This document shows positions 39,031-51,379 of a DNA stretch of 64,000 bases, one piece after another. Made by a program: the position numbers and the translations under genes. The notes under the pieces are model-generated. The model did not search any database. It saw only the letters and a list, made by a program, of their open reading frames with translations, and was not told the DNA's origin. The stretch's first letter is position 1. Each line of letters begins with the position of its first letter. Source of the DNA: a bacterium (lineage in GTDB: Bacteria; Patescibacteriota; Dojkabacteria; SC72; WJKH01); the NCBI GenBank assembly GCA_029547225.1, contig JAKPPS010000042.1, positions 4,459-68,458 on the forward strand. Direction: 5' to 3'.

Positions 39031-39409
39031 ATTGGTGGGGTATTATTAATTATATGTATTATTATACCACATTTTTTAATATATATCAAACGATAAAACT
39101 GCTATTGATCTCGTACCGGATTCATTGCAGTTGTGATGTCTCAGTGTCGAATACTTGGAATTCTAATATCAAGTTTATAATTTGATTATCCCGATATCTT
39201 TGTAAAACTTTTTTAGATCATTCTATTTAGAATGAATTTTAATAATAAAGTGCGTGGAAAAGCACTAATGTTAACCAAATAATGTTATCAAAATATTGAT
39301 TAACGAGAAAAATATGTTATACTGTACGGAAAGAATCATTATAAGTTAGAGTGCATGTATATTGAATAAATTAGGCAGATTATAAAAAGATAATTTAACT
39401 TACGCTAGA

Positions 39410-40669
39410 ATGAAGAAAATTAAGAATATTCTTATATTGCCTTATAGTCATCAATTGGGTTCAACGCACACTTTGATATCTATAGGAAAACATTTAAAGA
39501 GTCTTGGATATAATGTTATTGTCGCAGGGGAAGGAAGATATATTAATTTAGCGAAGCAAAATGGTTTAAAATCTGTCAATCTAGTTGAGATTCCTATCGA
39601 TACATATCGAAAAAAAACTGATAGCGCAGAATTAACGTATCAAACTGAGGAAGAGATTGAGCTTTTTATTGAGTCTGAAATTGCGTTATACAAGAAACTT
39701 TCTATAGATTTGGTTATTTCAACTCTAAGGCTTACAGCTCCGATATCTACAAAACTTACGAATATTCCGCATATCTCCTTGACATATGCTATTCTTTCTA
39801 ATCACTATGCTTTAAGTATCGTAATACCCGAAACGCATTCGCTTTATAAATTCCATGGCGTTCCAGTATTATTTGGTCTATTAAATAAAATTGCAAATTA
39901 TATATATTTCTATGTAATGAAAAAATTTGCTAAACCATATAATAATATAGCAATAAAACATGGTTTACAGGCGAAAAAGAACCTTCTTTCATATTATGAA
40001 GGTGATATTACATGGCTATATGATATTCAAGAGTTTGCTCCAGTGAAAAGCGCTCCAAGTTCATTTAGGTATCTTGGTACAATTTTCAATAAAGTTGTAG
40101 CTGAGAAACCAAAATGGATAGATGAAGTTAAAGAATTAAAGAAAAAAACAAATACTCGAGTCATATATGTTTCTATGGGTAGTAGTGGCACTTTATATAC
40201 CACAGTAATTGAGAATGTTATTGAATACTGTAAGAAAAACGATTATCTGGTTGTTACCAATAGCCTAAAGCAAAAGGGAAACACGGGTGATATTGAAATC
40301 GAGCAATACAAAGGTTTGTATACTGTTGATTACGCCTCAGCTGAGGATATGTTATCCGTTTCAGATTTGGTAGTATCCCATGGTGGAAGGGGTACTATGT
40401 ATGATAGTTTAGAGATCGGCGTTCCACTTGTAATTATTCCTCACCAATCAGAACAGGAATGGAACACATTAAGACTTGAAAAGATGGGGGCTGGAAAGAA
40501 AGTATCTAAAGCGAATTATTCGAAATCAGAATTGTTTTCTGCACTAGATAATATTTTTGATAACTATAGTACTGTAATGGATAACATTGCGCTGATCAAG
40601 TCCTACATCAAAAAATATGACTGGAAGATTGAAGTTGAGAAGACAATTAAAGACCTCGATGTTGAATAG
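39410..40669 (+). CDS. GT-B glycosyltransferase (MGT/GT1-GT28-like)
   Basis: IYVSMGSSG, DLVVSHGGRGT, GVPLVIIP...EQ. Confidence 0.85.
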   Translation: MKKIKNILILPYSHQLGSTHTLISIGKHLKSLGYNVIVAGEGRYINLAKQNGLKSVNLVEIPIDTYRKKTDSAELTYQTEEEIELFIESEIALYKKLSIDLVISTLRLTAPISTKLTNIPHISLTYAILSNHYALSIVIPETHSLYKFHGVPVLFGLLNKIANYIYFYVMKKFAKPYNNIAIKHGLQAKKNLLSYYEGDITWLYDIQEFAPVKSAPSSFRYLGTIFNKVVAEKPKWIDEVKELKKKTNTRVIYVSMGSSGTLYTTVIENVIEYCKKNDYLVVTNSLKQKGNTGDIEIEQYKGLYTVDYASAEDMLSVSDLVVSHGGRGTMYDSLEIGVPLVIIPHQSEQEWNTLRLEKMGAGKKVSKANYSKSELFSALDNIFDNYSTVMDNIALIKSYIKKYDWKIEVEKTIKDLDVE

Positions 40670-40885
40670 TTCCACATCATGTTGAGCAAGAGTGGAATGT
40701 TAAAAATCTTTGGCTTGGGACCATGTATTAAGCTGACTAAAATAGATAATTTAAATAAAGCTTTGGATACGTAGACAGATAATTATGATGCGTATAAAAA
40801 TCGTTGTGTACAGTTTTCTAAAATGCTTGATAAATACTATTGGAGAAAAGCATTTTAGAGACTATGAAAATATTGGAGGATTAGC

Positions 40886-43210
40886 ATGAATGAGTTAATA
40901 TTTGATAGTAAATCGGTTACCTTAATAATTGCTTCAGTATTCAATTTGGTGGTTGGAGTGTATTTGCTAGTTTCTAAATTGAAGGTTCCTAAAACATCCA
41001 GTCGGTATCTCAGTTTTGCTTCTTTTCTTGCTTCTATATGGCTTGTGAGTTCATGGATTAATCATTTTTCTCAAGACGTAGTACTTATTACTTTTTTGAC
41101 ACGTGTAAGTTTTGCCTCTGCAGCAATCATTATTTTGATGCTATATTTGTTTTCTCAATCTTATCGTAATAGAAAGCCTGTTGTACCTGTTTTATTATTA
41201 GGGCTTTTATCTGCTATCTGGGTATTATTTAGTCAACGTATTATTATGGAGGAAGTGCCTGCTATTTTGGGGGTCGTTGATGAAAAACCAATATTTGGGA
41301 ATATGTTCGTTTATTGGGCTGTTCTTATTATAATTCTTATATTTATTCTATTTCTGGATTTTTATAAGTGTTTAAAGGAAACGTATGGGTTCGAAAGAGA
41401 AAGAATTCGTTATGTCATATTTATGATTATTTTGACGATTTTGATAGTGCTATTGTTTAATTTGTTTTTACCTATGGCTGGTGTGAAGGATTTTTATTTT
41501 ATTGGCCAATTCTCGACCTTTTTATTTGGGTTTGGTTGCTTTTGGGTTTTTTTAAAAGAAAAATTTGTATCTTTTAAATATTTTCTTATTAATTTATTTG
41601 CTATCTTGAGTTCTGGATTTGTACTATATACTTTAAGTTGGGGAACGCAAAAGATTGAACAATTTGTTTTCAGATGGGATATAACAAAACCTATTGATAT
41701 AAGAATTCTTGCTTTTGGCCTTTTTGTCGGGACTTTACTCTCTGTGTTGATTCCTATTTGGTTGTTACAGATTAAAAACTTGTATTTTAAAGCTTTGGGT
41801 ATAAGTTCTTATTCAATAAACGGCTTAACTCGCGATCTTATAGATTACGCTAATAGTGAGGTTGATATTGAAAAGTATATTCTTTCGTTTTTAAGGAAGA
41901 TAAAAGAGATTCTTCGTGTTAATAATATAATCTTATATATTAGGGAGTTAGATAGGTCAATAGAGTTAGCGCCTGTTGAGATAGAGTTACATTTAGATAA
42001 TTATAGTAAAAAGAATGTTACATTAATAAACAGCTCTAAAGGTTTATCTAAGGAGGTTTTTCCATTAGTAGTTAATAATAGCTGTGTCGGATTTTTGATA
42101 TTTATTCTCGATGCCGATAAACAGTATATTTCTCTCGATGTTGAGGATGCTATACAGAATTTTAATAAGATTCTAGGAGTTAATGTGAATAGATATGTCT
42201 TATACAAACAGCTTAGAGAGACAAATTTGAATTTGGAAGATAAAATCTTAATTGCTACTAAAGAATTGAATGATAAGATAGCGGCATTAGAAGAATCACG
42301 TAAAAAAGAAAATGATTTGATAGATATCATGGGACATGAATTAAGAACACCCGCAACAGTAGTTAAAATGAATGTAGAATTATTAACAAATTGGCTAAAC
42401 CGAGTCAAAGAACAAATAATGGAAGCAAAAAACATTGAAGATTTTAAGCATTATACTAAACGAATAAAGCAGAGTATTGACAATGAAATCAAAATAATCA
42501 ACACCTTACTTGCATCTGCCAAACTAGAGGGTAATAGGTTAGTTCTTATGAAGGTTCCAGTAAATACAATAAACGCAATAGAGTTAGGAATCGAAGGACA
42601 GCGGGAGAATGTTGAGAAAAAGGGTTTAAAATTAATTTTTGAAAAACCAAAAGACGCTGATAAGTTTCCATTGGCTTTCGCAGATAAGGGAAGATTTCAA
42701 GAAATTGTTGATAACCTTATTAGTAATGCTACTAAATATACGGATGAAGGACAAATTGCTATAACAGCATCTCATGATAAAGATTATATAAAAATATCTG
42801 TTAAGGATACGGGAAAGGGTATTGCCAAAAATGATATTTCAAAATTGGGTAAGAAATTTTTTAGGACAAATCAATATCTCAATACCGATAAAGAAGACTC
42901 AGCTACTCAACTCGTAAGACCAGGTGGGACAGGATTAGGTTTGTTTGTTGTATTTGGTCTTGTTAAGGCTCATGGTGGTGAAATCTCTGTAGAAAGTGAA
43001 CTGGGTAAAGGTAGTACTTTCACATTTACTATACCTATTGCACATGGAGCTTCTGAGGAAGTAAATAAGGGATTATTCACTGGTAACCAGTTCGATAGGA
43101 TAAGAATGCAAATGCAAAATGAGGCATCAAATAAAGAAATATCTCATTCAAAGGGCAAGAATTCTAATGAGTCAGATATTTTTGCTCATGAAATTCACAC
43201 AATGGATTAA
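40886..43210 (+). CDS. Membrane sensor histidine kinase
   Basis: Multi-TM N-terminus; [27 protein letters not shown]. Confidence 0.95.
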   Translation: MNELIFDSKSVTLIIASVFNLVVGVYLLVSKLKVPKTSSRYLSFASFLASIWLVSSWINHFSQDVVLITFLTRVSFASAAIIILMLYLFSQSYRNRKPVVPVLLLGLLSAIWVLFSQRIIMEEVPAILGVVDEKPIFGNMFVYWAVLIIILIFILFLDFYKCLKETYGFERERIRYVIFMIILTILIVLLFNLFLPMAGVKDFYFIGQFSTFLFGFGCFWVFLKEKFVSFKYFLINLFAILSSGFVLYTLSWGTQKIEQFVFRWDITKPIDIRILAFGLFVGTLLSVLIPIWLLQIKNLYFKALGISSYSINGLTRDLIDYANSEVDIEKYILSFLRKIKEILRVNNIILYIRELDRSIELAPVEIELHLDNYSKKNVTLINSSKGLSKEVFPLVVNNSCVGFLIFILDADKQYISLDVEDAIQNFNKILGVNVNRYVLYKQLRETNLNLEDKILIATKELNDKIAALEESRKKENDLIDIMGHELRTPATVVKMNVELLTNWLNRVKEQIMEAKNIEDFKHYTKRIKQSIDNEIKIINTLLASAKLEGNRLVLMKVPVNTINAIELGIEGQRENVEKKGLKLIFEKPKDADKFPLAFADKGRFQEIVDNLISNATKYTDEGQIAITASHDKDYIKISVKDTGKGIAKNDISKLGKKFFRTNQYLNTDKEDSATQLVRPGGTGLGLFVVFGLVKAHGGEISVESELGKGSTFTFTIPIAHGASEEVNKGLFTGNQFDRIRMQMQNEASNKEISHSKGKNSNESDIFAHEIHTMD

Positions 43211-43448
43211 GTATTATTTTTATGTATATTACCTTAAGATAATGAACTAATCTCGTTTGTCTTGCTTTTTCGTTTTTCTAAAAGAAGATAGCATCATAAA
43301 TGTGCCAAATATCCCCTGAGAACAACCCTTTTTTACTCTCTTATTTATATAATTCTTCTTCCTATTGAATTGTTACAAAATTAGGCTTATAATTCGTTAT
43401 ATACGTTTTGTATAGATTGCCCCAAATAAATTTTTAATAAATGTTTCA

Positions 43449-46400
43449 ATGTCAAAACGCATTAAACACTTATTTAATTTCCTCTCCAAAGTATTGAGTG
43501 TTGTTGTCGTCTTTACGATGGTTTTTCCTTCGTTAAATGCATCTCAGTATGTATTTGCAGCCGATGCTCTATCAGCTCCTACTAATCTAGGCTGGAATCT
43601 AAGAAGTATGTCAGCTACACCTGGCGAAACTGATGTCGATCTACTTTGTGGGTCAACAACAAATGCTGATTATCCTCGATATGGCAATGGCATGATGGCG
43701 CACAATTGGTCTGCCGTAACGAGTGGCTCTGATACAGTATATTATCAGAGAGAGTATCAATTTCCAGGTACATCTTCATGGATAGCTGATGGTACAAAAT
43801 ATACTTCTACATATACGGATTTTGGTACTCTCGGTTCAAATGAAGGTGTTGAGGGTACTTGGCTTACTCGAGTTAGGGCATGGGTTGATACAAATAGTAA
43901 TGGCTCTTTAGATGAAGGAGTTGATAATGTATCTTCATGGAGTGATGAATGTTCTGTTACATATAATCGAGATATTCCTAGTATCGATATCCCAACAGTT
44001 GCAACTGATTATGGTTCAGCTATAAACGGAAAATGGTTTACTATCAGTGCAAATGTATATGGAAGCATTAGTACCGATGCAGATGCTTGTAAAATTTCAT
44101 ATGATTTAGGTTCTACATGGCATTCATACTATTATGACTTTATTAATTCCCAATGTAGTGCTGTTTTCTCACTTACTGATGATACCCTTGATGGCTCTAC
44201 GGCAAACATTCTTGTTTCAGTTAAAGGTACAGATGGAAGCGAAGCCACTTCTCCGATGATTTCGAGACCCATCGATATGTTAGTAAATGGAGTTACAGTA
44301 GATATCGAGCATGACAGTTATACTCCATTAACCTTAGCAGCCGATACAGTTAAAGGTACTTTTGTTGATAATGTCGGGGGTACAACAGAAGGTTTTATTA
44401 TTGTCGCAGATATTACAGATTTGTCTAGACCAGCAGCTCCAACAATATTGTCACCATTACCAGAACAGCATTTCAATACGACTCCGATTTTGAATGATTG
44501 GACTGATGTAACAGATGATACAGGTATAGATTACTATCGTGTTGAATATATCTATGATGATGGTCATTCATTTAGTGGAGGTCCATACAGGACAACTACA
44601 GCGAGTCAAAGAAATCATATACCAGCAACAACTGAACAAGGTGGTGTAACAATCAGAGTTCAAGCTGTTGACAACGAAGGATATGAGGGTATTTGGAGTA
44701 ATCCTGTACATTATTATTATGATTTAACAGCGCCTGCGGTACCTACCAATACAGGTTTTAATTCTACAGTTCCTGATTACGCTACAGAGCCGACACAGAT
44801 AGCTTGTGGTGGATTTACAAATGTAAATTCTATTTCTCATCATTGGAGTGCATATGAGGGTACTGGAGGTATTGATGATGCATCCGTACAATATATGAGA
44901 CAGTGGGTTTTCCCGGGCGGAGATACTACAAATCCAGCAAGTTGGCAAGGTGCGGAAATCTGGAATACAAACTATACGAACTATCGCACTTTTGGTACAA
45001 GTACAGGTATTGAGGGAACCTGGTATGTGAGAGTACAAGCAAAAGACGCTATAGGTAACTGGAGTGGATATAGTGAGCCTTGCGCAATTACACTTGATAT
45101 GACAAAACCTATCACTGTACTTACAAGCGAAGACTTAACTCTTATCAACGATAATACTCCAACTTTTACAGGAACCTCAACGGATGAAAGGTCAGGTTTA
45201 CAGGTATTACAGTACAAGATCGATGAAGGTTTGTGGACAGATTTTTCAAGCTTAACTGGTGAATTAAGTTCAAACTTTGAATTTACATCTCCTGAACTTA
45301 CAGATGGCGAACATACATTATATTTCAGAGCATTTGATAGAGCAGGAAACATTGAGAATACAGCTTCTGATACATTCGTTGTAGATACAACAGCTCCACG
45401 AACCACAGTAAATATCATTGGAGACCTCGATGAAACAAAGAATATTGCAGGTAATGGAGGTTGGCATGGATTTGGTTGGTATGAGTCTTTTGATCTTGTA
45501 CAACTTCAGTTTATCACTTCAACTTTGGGTGATAAAATCGAATATGCTTTACTTGATGGAAATGTTGATTGTTCAGCTGCAGTATATACAGAAATAGCTG
45601 CAGACTCAAATATTAATGCTGAGGTAAACAGTAAAGCAGATGGCATTTACACTTTGTGTTATAGAGGTTTTGATGGATTAGGAAATATCGAACCAACAAA
45701 CTTAATCAATCTAAGAAAAGATAATACAATTCCTCAGTACACATTCAATTCCGTATCAGGAAATGAATATATGGGAGTGTATTACAACAATACTTCGGAT
45801 TTAACATTATCCTTTAATATAACTGATGACAATTCTGGATATTCTAGAGCAAGATATGATCTTTATAGTGCTACGGAAGCTAATGCTTGTTCATCACTGA
45901 TTCGAACAAACCAGGATAATCTATATCCTGCTGATACTGATGTTACACGCGACCTTACTGTGACTGGATTATCTGATGGTCATTACTGTCTGAGGGTTTG
46001 GGTATATGATGATGTACAGAATAAAGCCTGGACACAGGTAAATGGTGATGGTTGGATCAAATTTGTGATTGACAAAGTAGCTCCAACATCTTCAGCAATT
46101 ATTTCTGAGGATTTCTATGGCCCGAAAACATTACAAACTGATACTGTAAACGGTACTGCTTCTGATGAGAGTGGCATCAAAGATTTAACAATTACAATAC
46201 GGAATCAGTTAGGACGTTATTGGAATGGTTCAAGTTGGAGTTGGACAGAAACTGATCTAGCAGTTAATGGTTTAGAGACTTGGGATTATAATTTCTTTAA
46301 TGTCTCGCCGAGATTTAATACTTTCACTTATACGGTAACCCCTACAGCTTGTGATTATGCAGGAAACTGTGCTACTGGAAGTGAAGATTCATTCACATGG

Positions 46401-48665
46401 GATAAAGTTTCTCCAACAATAGACATCGAAAGACCATTGTCAGATTGGCAAATAGCGGGTCCAGTTTCGATAAAAGGTACGTTGATAGATAACGTTTCAG
46501 GTATTGATGAATTACGAATCAGAGTAAGGCAATATGATCCAATGACTTCTACAGAAGGAGCTGTCGTTTATGAGAATAATGTTTGTGCTGAAGATGGAGT
46601 AACATCAGATGGTGCAAGCTGTGACAGTTTATTTGGTATAGAAGGAAAGTGGTCAGCAACTATGGATCCAGTTTCTATGGGTATCCCTGACGGAACATAT
46701 ATGATAAGAGTTCGAGCACTTGATAATGTACAAAATGCTTCTTGGGATAGTGTAATTTATTTTACTCTCGATAATACAAAACCAACAATTACTCAGGTTG
46801 CAGATCAGACATTCAATGAAGGCGATTTTGTCGATCCAAGTTTTGTTGTAGGTACAGAATTGACTGATAATATTCAGATAGATGATCTTTACTTCAAAAT
46901 ATTATTTGAAGGTGTCCAAGGTGAATCATGGGATTCTGGATATCAGATGGTAAGTGTTAATGGTGCTAATACTCATTACATATTGACTCAAGAAGATCTT
47001 GATGATTATCTCATTGATCAAATCGAGTATTTGATTGGTATTAGGCGTATCCCAATGTGGACATATCTCGTCCCAGAGGGTAGATATACAGTCAATTACT
47101 ATATTACAGATGAAGCTGGTAACACGAGTGAATGTATCAGGCCAGAGGACACCGGAATGAAATCATTATCTTTGCTTCCGGCAATAGCAGAGCCAGTTGA
47201 ACCAGAAATTGATGCTTGTGCTACAGTTTTAACTCTAAATAATGTTGCACCTACAACATCACTTACTGCTGATCAAACAATATTTGAAGGAGATACGGCA
47301 TCATTTATCGGTGAGTTTTCAGACCCAAGTTTCAATACGGATATTGTTAAATGGTTAATTGAAGGTTCTACGGAGCCGACAATGACACTTACATCAGAGA
47401 AATCCGATACAAAATTACTTGCAGATTCATTACTACCTTTAGATTTAGAGACAGAATTAGATTCAGATAGCAAGATAGAGTGGAAAGAAATCGGTACAAA
47501 ATCTATCAGTTTACTCGAGGAAGATACTGATGAAGAAGTCGTAATACCTTTTATGGCAGATGATCAATTCTGGACAGCATTTGTTGATTACGGAGATGGA
47601 TCTCCAATATTAGCTGGACAATTTGTTATGCCAACAGATCCTGATATTGATCCTGAAGATTTAGATTTGTTCCCGTATTTCTGGGATCATCTATATATTC
47701 CTGATCATCGATATACTCAGGAAGGTGTTTATACCGTGACTTTACAAGTTATTGAAGGTAGTGATTATACAACATACGATATCTTCGAACTAATCGGAGC
47801 TGTAGGTGACCATATTGACGGAGAAGGTGAATTTTCAAATACTTCATCAGTAATAGTGACAGTGCTTAACAATACTCCAACAGTATCCGTTACACCAGAA
47901 ACGACTACAGTACTCACAAATGCTACAGTAGTGCTTAATTCTAGTATCATTGGAGGAAATGCACCATTAACAAAAGCTTGGTCATGTACAGATGGATACA
48001 GTGCATCAGATGTTGATACAATTTCTTTTGCATCATCAGTGGCAGGTACTTATCAGTGCACACTTACTGTTACAGATGCAGATGGGGATATTGCGTCAGA
48101 TACATCTACGATAATTGTAAATAATCCTCCTGTTATAGACTATGAACTTATCTATTATGGTATAGGTGAGGTACTTGGTGAAGAAACTGAGAAAAAAGAA
48201 GAAACCAAGAAAGATCCAAAACCAGAAGTGTTAGGTGAGTCAGTCTGTGAAAGAACATATAAAGTTGATGGATATGTTTATTACGATAAAAATGATAATG
48301 GAAGTAAAGACGGTAAAGAGAGAGGTATGGCCGGATTAGTAGTTGAGATCACATATACTAATACTGAAGGTGAAACTGTAAAAGTCGCAACTGTGAGTAC
48401 AGCAGAAGACGGCTACTGGAATGCAGATGTGTGTCCAGGTGATTACAATATCTCTATAGATGAGAGTAAGCTACCTAATGGATACAAAATCGCTCAAAAC
48501 GCACTAAGGGATTTCAAAGTCGATGATAATGATATGCTTGGACTCAACATAGAATTAGATAAGGAATTATCTTTCCTAGCCAAGTTCTGGTGGATAATAT
48601 TACTAGCAGTATTAGTACTTGGATTGGGAGGATATATGATTGCAGGAAGACGCCAAAATCAATAA
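43449..48665 (+). CDS. Large cell-surface protein with Ig-like/FN3, PKD and SdrD-B-like domains
   Basis: Signal peptide, repeated D.T.P / A.D..GN modules, VDYGDG, GYVYYDKNDNG, C-terminal TM anchor. Confidence 0.85.
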   Translation: MSKRIKHLFNFLSKVLSVVVVFTMVFPSLNASQYVFAADALSAPTNLGWNLRSMSATPGETDVDLLCGSTTNADYPRYGNGMMAHNWSAVTSGSDTVYYQREYQFPGTSSWIADGTKYTSTYTDFGTLGSNEGVEGTWLTRVRAWVDTNSNGSLDEGVDNVSSWSDECSVTYNRDIPSIDIPTVATDYGSAINGKWFTISANVYGSISTDADACKISYDLGSTWHSYYYDFINSQCSAVFSLTDDTLDGSTANILVSVKGTDGSEATSPMISRPIDMLVNGVTVDIEHDSYTPLTLAADTVKGTFVDNVGGTTEGFIIVADITDLSRPAAPTILSPLPEQHFNTTPILNDWTDVTDDTGIDYYRVEYIYDDGHSFSGGPYRTTTASQRNHIPATTEQGGVTIRVQAVDNEGYEGIWSNPVHYYYDLTAPAVPTNTGFNSTVPDYATEPTQIACGGFTNVNSISHHWSAYEGTGGIDDASVQYMRQWVFPGGDTTNPASWQGAEIWNTNYTNYRTFGTSTGIEGTWYVRVQAKDAIGNWSGYSEPCAITLDMTKPITVLTSEDLTLINDNTPTFTGTSTDERSGLQVLQYKIDEGLWTDFSSLTGELSSNFEFTSPELTDGEHTLYFRAFDRAGNIENTASDTFVVDTTAPRTTVNIIGDLDETKNIAGNGGWHGFGWYESFDLVQLQFITSTLGDKIEYALLDGNVDCSAAVYTEIAADSNINAEVNSKADGIYTLCYRGFDGLGNIEPTNLINLRKDNTIPQYTFNSVSGNEYMGVYYNNTSDLTLSFNITDDNSGYSRARYDLYSATEANACSSLIRTNQDNLYPADTDVTRDLTVTGLSDGHYCLRVWVYDDVQNKAWTQVNGDGWIKFVIDKVAPTSSAIISEDFYGPKTLQTDTVNGTASDESGIKDLTITIRNQLGRYWNGSSWSWTETDLAVNGLETWDYNFFNVSPRFNTFTYTVTPTACDYAGNCATGSEDSFTWDKVSPTIDIERPLSDWQIAGPVSIKGTLIDNVSGIDELRIRVRQYDPMTSTEGAVVYENNVCAEDGVTSDGASCDSLFGIEGKWSATMDPVSMGIPDGTYMIRVRALDNVQNASWDSVIYFTLDNTKPTITQVADQTFNEGDFVDPSFVVGTELTDNIQIDDLYFKILFEGVQGESWDSGYQMVSVNGANTHYILTQEDLDDYLIDQIEYLIGIRRIPMWTYLVPEGRYTVNYYITDEAGNTSECIRPEDTGMKSLSLLPAIAEPVEPEIDACATVLTLNNVAPTTSLTADQTIFEGDTASFIGEFSDPSFNTDIVKWLIEGSTEPTMTLTSEKSDTKLLADSLLPLDLETELDSDSKIEWKEIGTKSISLLEEDTDEEVVIPFMADDQFWTAFVDYGDGSPILAGQFVMPTDPDIDPEDLDLFPYFWDHLYIPDHRYTQEGVYTVTLQVIEGSDYTTYDIFELIGAVGDHIDGEGEFSNTSSVIVTVLNNTPTVSVTPETTTVLTNATVVLNSSIIGGNAPLTKAWSCTDGYSASDVDTISFASSVAGTYQCTLTVTDADGDIASDTSTIIVNNPPVIDYELIYYGIGEVLGEETEKKEETKKDPKPEVLGESVCERTYKVDGYVYYDKNDNGSKDGKERGMAGLVVEITYTNTEGETVKVATVSTAEDGYWNADVCPGDYNISIDESKLPNGYKIAQNALRDFKVDDNDMLGLNIELDKELSFLAKFWWIILLAVLVLGLGGYMIAGRRQNQ

Positions 48666-48698
48666 TAAGGCTTATCTAAGCGATTAATATTGCATACC

Positions 48699-48730
48699 AA
48701 GACAGACTCTTAAAAGGGTCTGTCTTTTTT
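48699..48730 (+). terminator. Rho-independent terminator
   Basis: AAGACAGACTCT-TAAA-AGGGTCTGTCTT followed by T tract. Confidence 0.85.
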
Positions 48731-48780
48731 ATCTTAGGTACTTAATAAAGTGACGCAAGAAACTTGATAGAGTTTGAATA

Positions 48781-48829
48781 ATGTAACCATGCGTTTACAT
48801 AATAATATTTCTCGTCACCATTACAATCC
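48781..48829 (-). repeat. Dispersed 49-bp intergenic motif, type B
   Basis: GGATTGTAATGGTGACG-N19-CGC-A-TGGTTACAT. Confidence 0.75.
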
Positions 48830-48984
48830 GAGTGCTATCCTAAAGTAATCATATTGTTCACATACGGAAAAAAATACATTTAAGTAAAAAATTATTAGCT
48901 CTATCTAAGAAAATGTAATTACAGTAAGGGTGTGTGTAAATTTCGACTTGTAACTTCTTAAAGAATTAATTGTGGAATTATCAA

Positions 48985-49515
48985 CTAATCTAGTGGAATA
49001 CTACTTTCTACCAAGTCATTTATTGCCTGAGAAAATGAGATGTTCTTACTTTTGCAGTATTTTGTAAGTTTAATCTTGGCTGTACTTTGTACCGTAATAT
49101 TTAGCCGATTCTTATTGGCTTTGTGCAAAATATTTTGTATGAATACGTCAATTTTTGTTTCAAGCTCAGCAATATCCTTATATTTACAAAAATCGATATT
49201 TGAAGAGTTTATTATCTTCTGATAGTCTCGATTATTACTCAAACAAAGTGTCGGTAAATTGTATTGGGATATCAATGCTACTTCATAGCCGAGTTGAAAT
49301 GTATCTCCAGATATCTCAAAAACACATGCATCACAGACTTTAATCGCATTTCTTATAAATAGCTCTTTCTCAAGAGGGTCAGAAACATTGCTTTCACAAT
49401 TCTCTAAGCTATAGACTTCGCAATCCAAAGACTTTAGCTTTTTTATTACTGCATCGTAAAAAATTTGATACTTATCTTTACTTCTATATGAAGCTGTAAA
49501 AAATACTTTCAACAA
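48985..49515 (-). CDS. Nucleoside 2-deoxyribosyltransferase-like protein with possible C-terminal ribbon-helix-helix
   Basis: VFFTAS, IKVCDACVFEIS, LGYEV; C-terminus RLNITV...ISFSQAINDLV. Confidence 0.6.
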   Translation of the reverse strand: MLKVFFTASYRSKDKYQIFYDAVIKKLKSLDCEVYSLENCESNVSDPLEKELFIRNAIKVCDACVFEISGDTFQLGYEVALISQYNLPTLCLSNNRDYQKIINSSNIDFCKYKDIAELETKIDVFIQNILHKANKNRLNITVQSTAKIKLTKYCKSKNISFSQAINDLVESSIPLD

Positions 49516-49517
49516 AT

Positions 49518-50225
49518 TTATGAGATAATTTTAGCTATTATTACTGATAATTCTTCATCATCTAGCCGAACCTCTTCTATAATAAATCCTTTCTTACTAA
49601 GTATTCTTCTGATCTTTTTTATTGACTCTTGGCGCGAACGCTTTGCGATAGGGTGGAGTTCAATTATTAAATATGTGGCTTGATTAATCAGCTTACTTTT
49701 CTCAATTATTTTGTATTCTGCACCCTCAACATCAATTTTAATGATATCTGGGCTCTTGTAACAGTTCTCAATTGCTTTATCTAGGGTTATCGCGTTGACT
49801 TTTATGCTCTCCATCTCTATTTTTGATTGCCAACCATCTGTAATAATACTTGATACTGAGGTCCAATTTTGATCTTCAATATTTTTGTCAATATATAAGT
49901 CAATTAACCCATTATTTGCAGAAATGGCATTAGGTGAGATAAATACCTGACTTTGTAATGAGTTTATATTGATGTTGTGCTCAAGAAGTATGAAAGCTGT
50001 GGGGTTTGGTTCGTAAGCATAGATAATTGAATCTCCATTTTGCATATTAAAATACAATGAGGCTATGCCGATATGTGCTCCAATGTCGATGATAACTGGT
50101 TTGGATATTTTAGATAGATAATCGAGGTGGTATATCTTATTGGTGAAAACCTCACTTTTTACTTGATGATATTCTTTCGAGTTATTGTATGCAATAAGAT
50201 ATTTAGAGAGCTTTGTTTCGACCAA
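49518..50225 (-). CDS. FkbM family methyltransferase
   Basis: IIDIGAHIG, YAYEPNP, IIKIDVEGAE. Confidence 0.92.
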   Translation of the reverse strand: MVETKLSKYLIAYNNSKEYHQVKSEVFTNKIYHLDYLSKISKPVIIDIGAHIGIASLYFNMQNGDSIIYAYEPNPTAFILLEHNININSLQSQVFISPNAISANNGLIDLYIDKNIEDQNWTSVSSIITDGWQSKIEMESIKVNAITLDKAIENCYKSPDIIKIDVEGAEYKIIEKSKLINQATYLIIELHPIAKRSRQESIKKIRRILSKKGFIIEEVRLDDEELSVIIAKIIS

Positions 50226-51279
50226 ACTTTTTAATCTTTATCAACTTACTTACGAATAGGTAAATCAAAAAGTGAATGATTGAAAATAGAAATCCAAGAA
50301 AAATCATAAAATAATAACCAATCATGTCACTAAAAATGATATTAATCAGGTAAATATATCCTACAAATTGCAATTTTCCTTTTTCTATTGTCGAGATATT
50401 ACTTAGTACAATTACAAATATAATAGCCGAGATAATCCTGAAGAATGAAATACCCACATAAATATATAATTCAAGCGGAAGAGCAAGATCTAAACGAGCT
50501 GTAAGTATTGGTATGAAATCAAATGTTCCATAGAAATATTGATAAGTTACAAATGCAGAAGCTCCAATGAAAAGAATATATATTACTGCAAAGATTTTTA
50601 TAAGTAATAATAGATAGGGTTTTGAGATGATAGAAAATACAATATTGTCCAAAAAGCCTTTAACTTTATCAAAAAACACAAGATCAACCTTTTCGTCACC
50701 AGTTATTCCTGCTTCACTTATCAATGCACGCATGTTCGTAAGATACTTTGTCTTATCGGGGTCGTCAGTCTTCTTTAGTAACAAATCGATTTCTTGAAGT
50801 GCTGATTTCTTCTCGAAGCTATCAAAATCCTTCTGAGCGATCTCATCAAGCATTTCATGTAGATGGTAAAGCTTTTCAATGTAATCTTTCTTACGACGTT
50901 TCTCAATTAGTTTGATAATCAAATAGATAATCAAAAATATTAAATAGACGATAGCGGCTGTAGGCTTTAAATGGTAATTGTTATCTAATGTGATATATTT
51001 GCCAAGTTCATCTATAAAAAATCCCCAACCGATACCTACAATTATTGCTGAGATATCAATTACAAATTCTCCTTTATACATTAACAGTAATGCTGAACCG
51101 ATAAACATGAATAATCCTCCCCAAAGCATATGTGCAATATGTAAAGTATCGTTTGCTATCATCGGATAGCCTGCAATCTCAAGAAAAATTCTAATACCTA
51201 TTACAGTCAAAGCACCGGAAATTAACATTAATAGTACAGCATCGGTACCACCTCGTCTTAATCGTATATTGTGTTTCAT
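50203..51279 (-). CDS. Hypothetical membrane protein
   Basis: Multiple TM segments; LHIAHMLWGG and GFFIDELGKY motifs. Confidence 0.75.
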   Translation of the reverse strand: MKHNIRLRRGGTDAVLLMLISGALTVIGIRIFLEIAGYPMIANDTLHIAHMLWGGLFMFIGSALLLMYKGEFVIDISAIIVGIGWGFFIDELGKYITLDNNYHLKPTAAIVYLIFLIIYLIIKLIEKRRKKDYIEKLYHLHEMLDEIAQKDFDSFEKKSALQEIDLLLKKTDDPDKTKYLTNMRALISEAGITGDEKVDLVFFDKVKGFLDNIVFSIISKPYLLLLIKIFAVIYILFIGASAFVTYQYFYGTFDFIPILTARLDLALPLELYIYVGISFFRIISAIIFVIVLSNISTIEKGKLQFVGYIYLINIIFSDMIGYYFMIFLGFLFSIIHFLIYLFVSKLIKIKKFGRNKAL

Positions 51280-51379
51280 ATCTTAATATATCATGCAAAA
51301 GAAGTTTTTTCTATAATATTATTATTGACCGCATGATAACATCGTTTGGAATATGGTAAACAAGAACTTTTTTCATATT

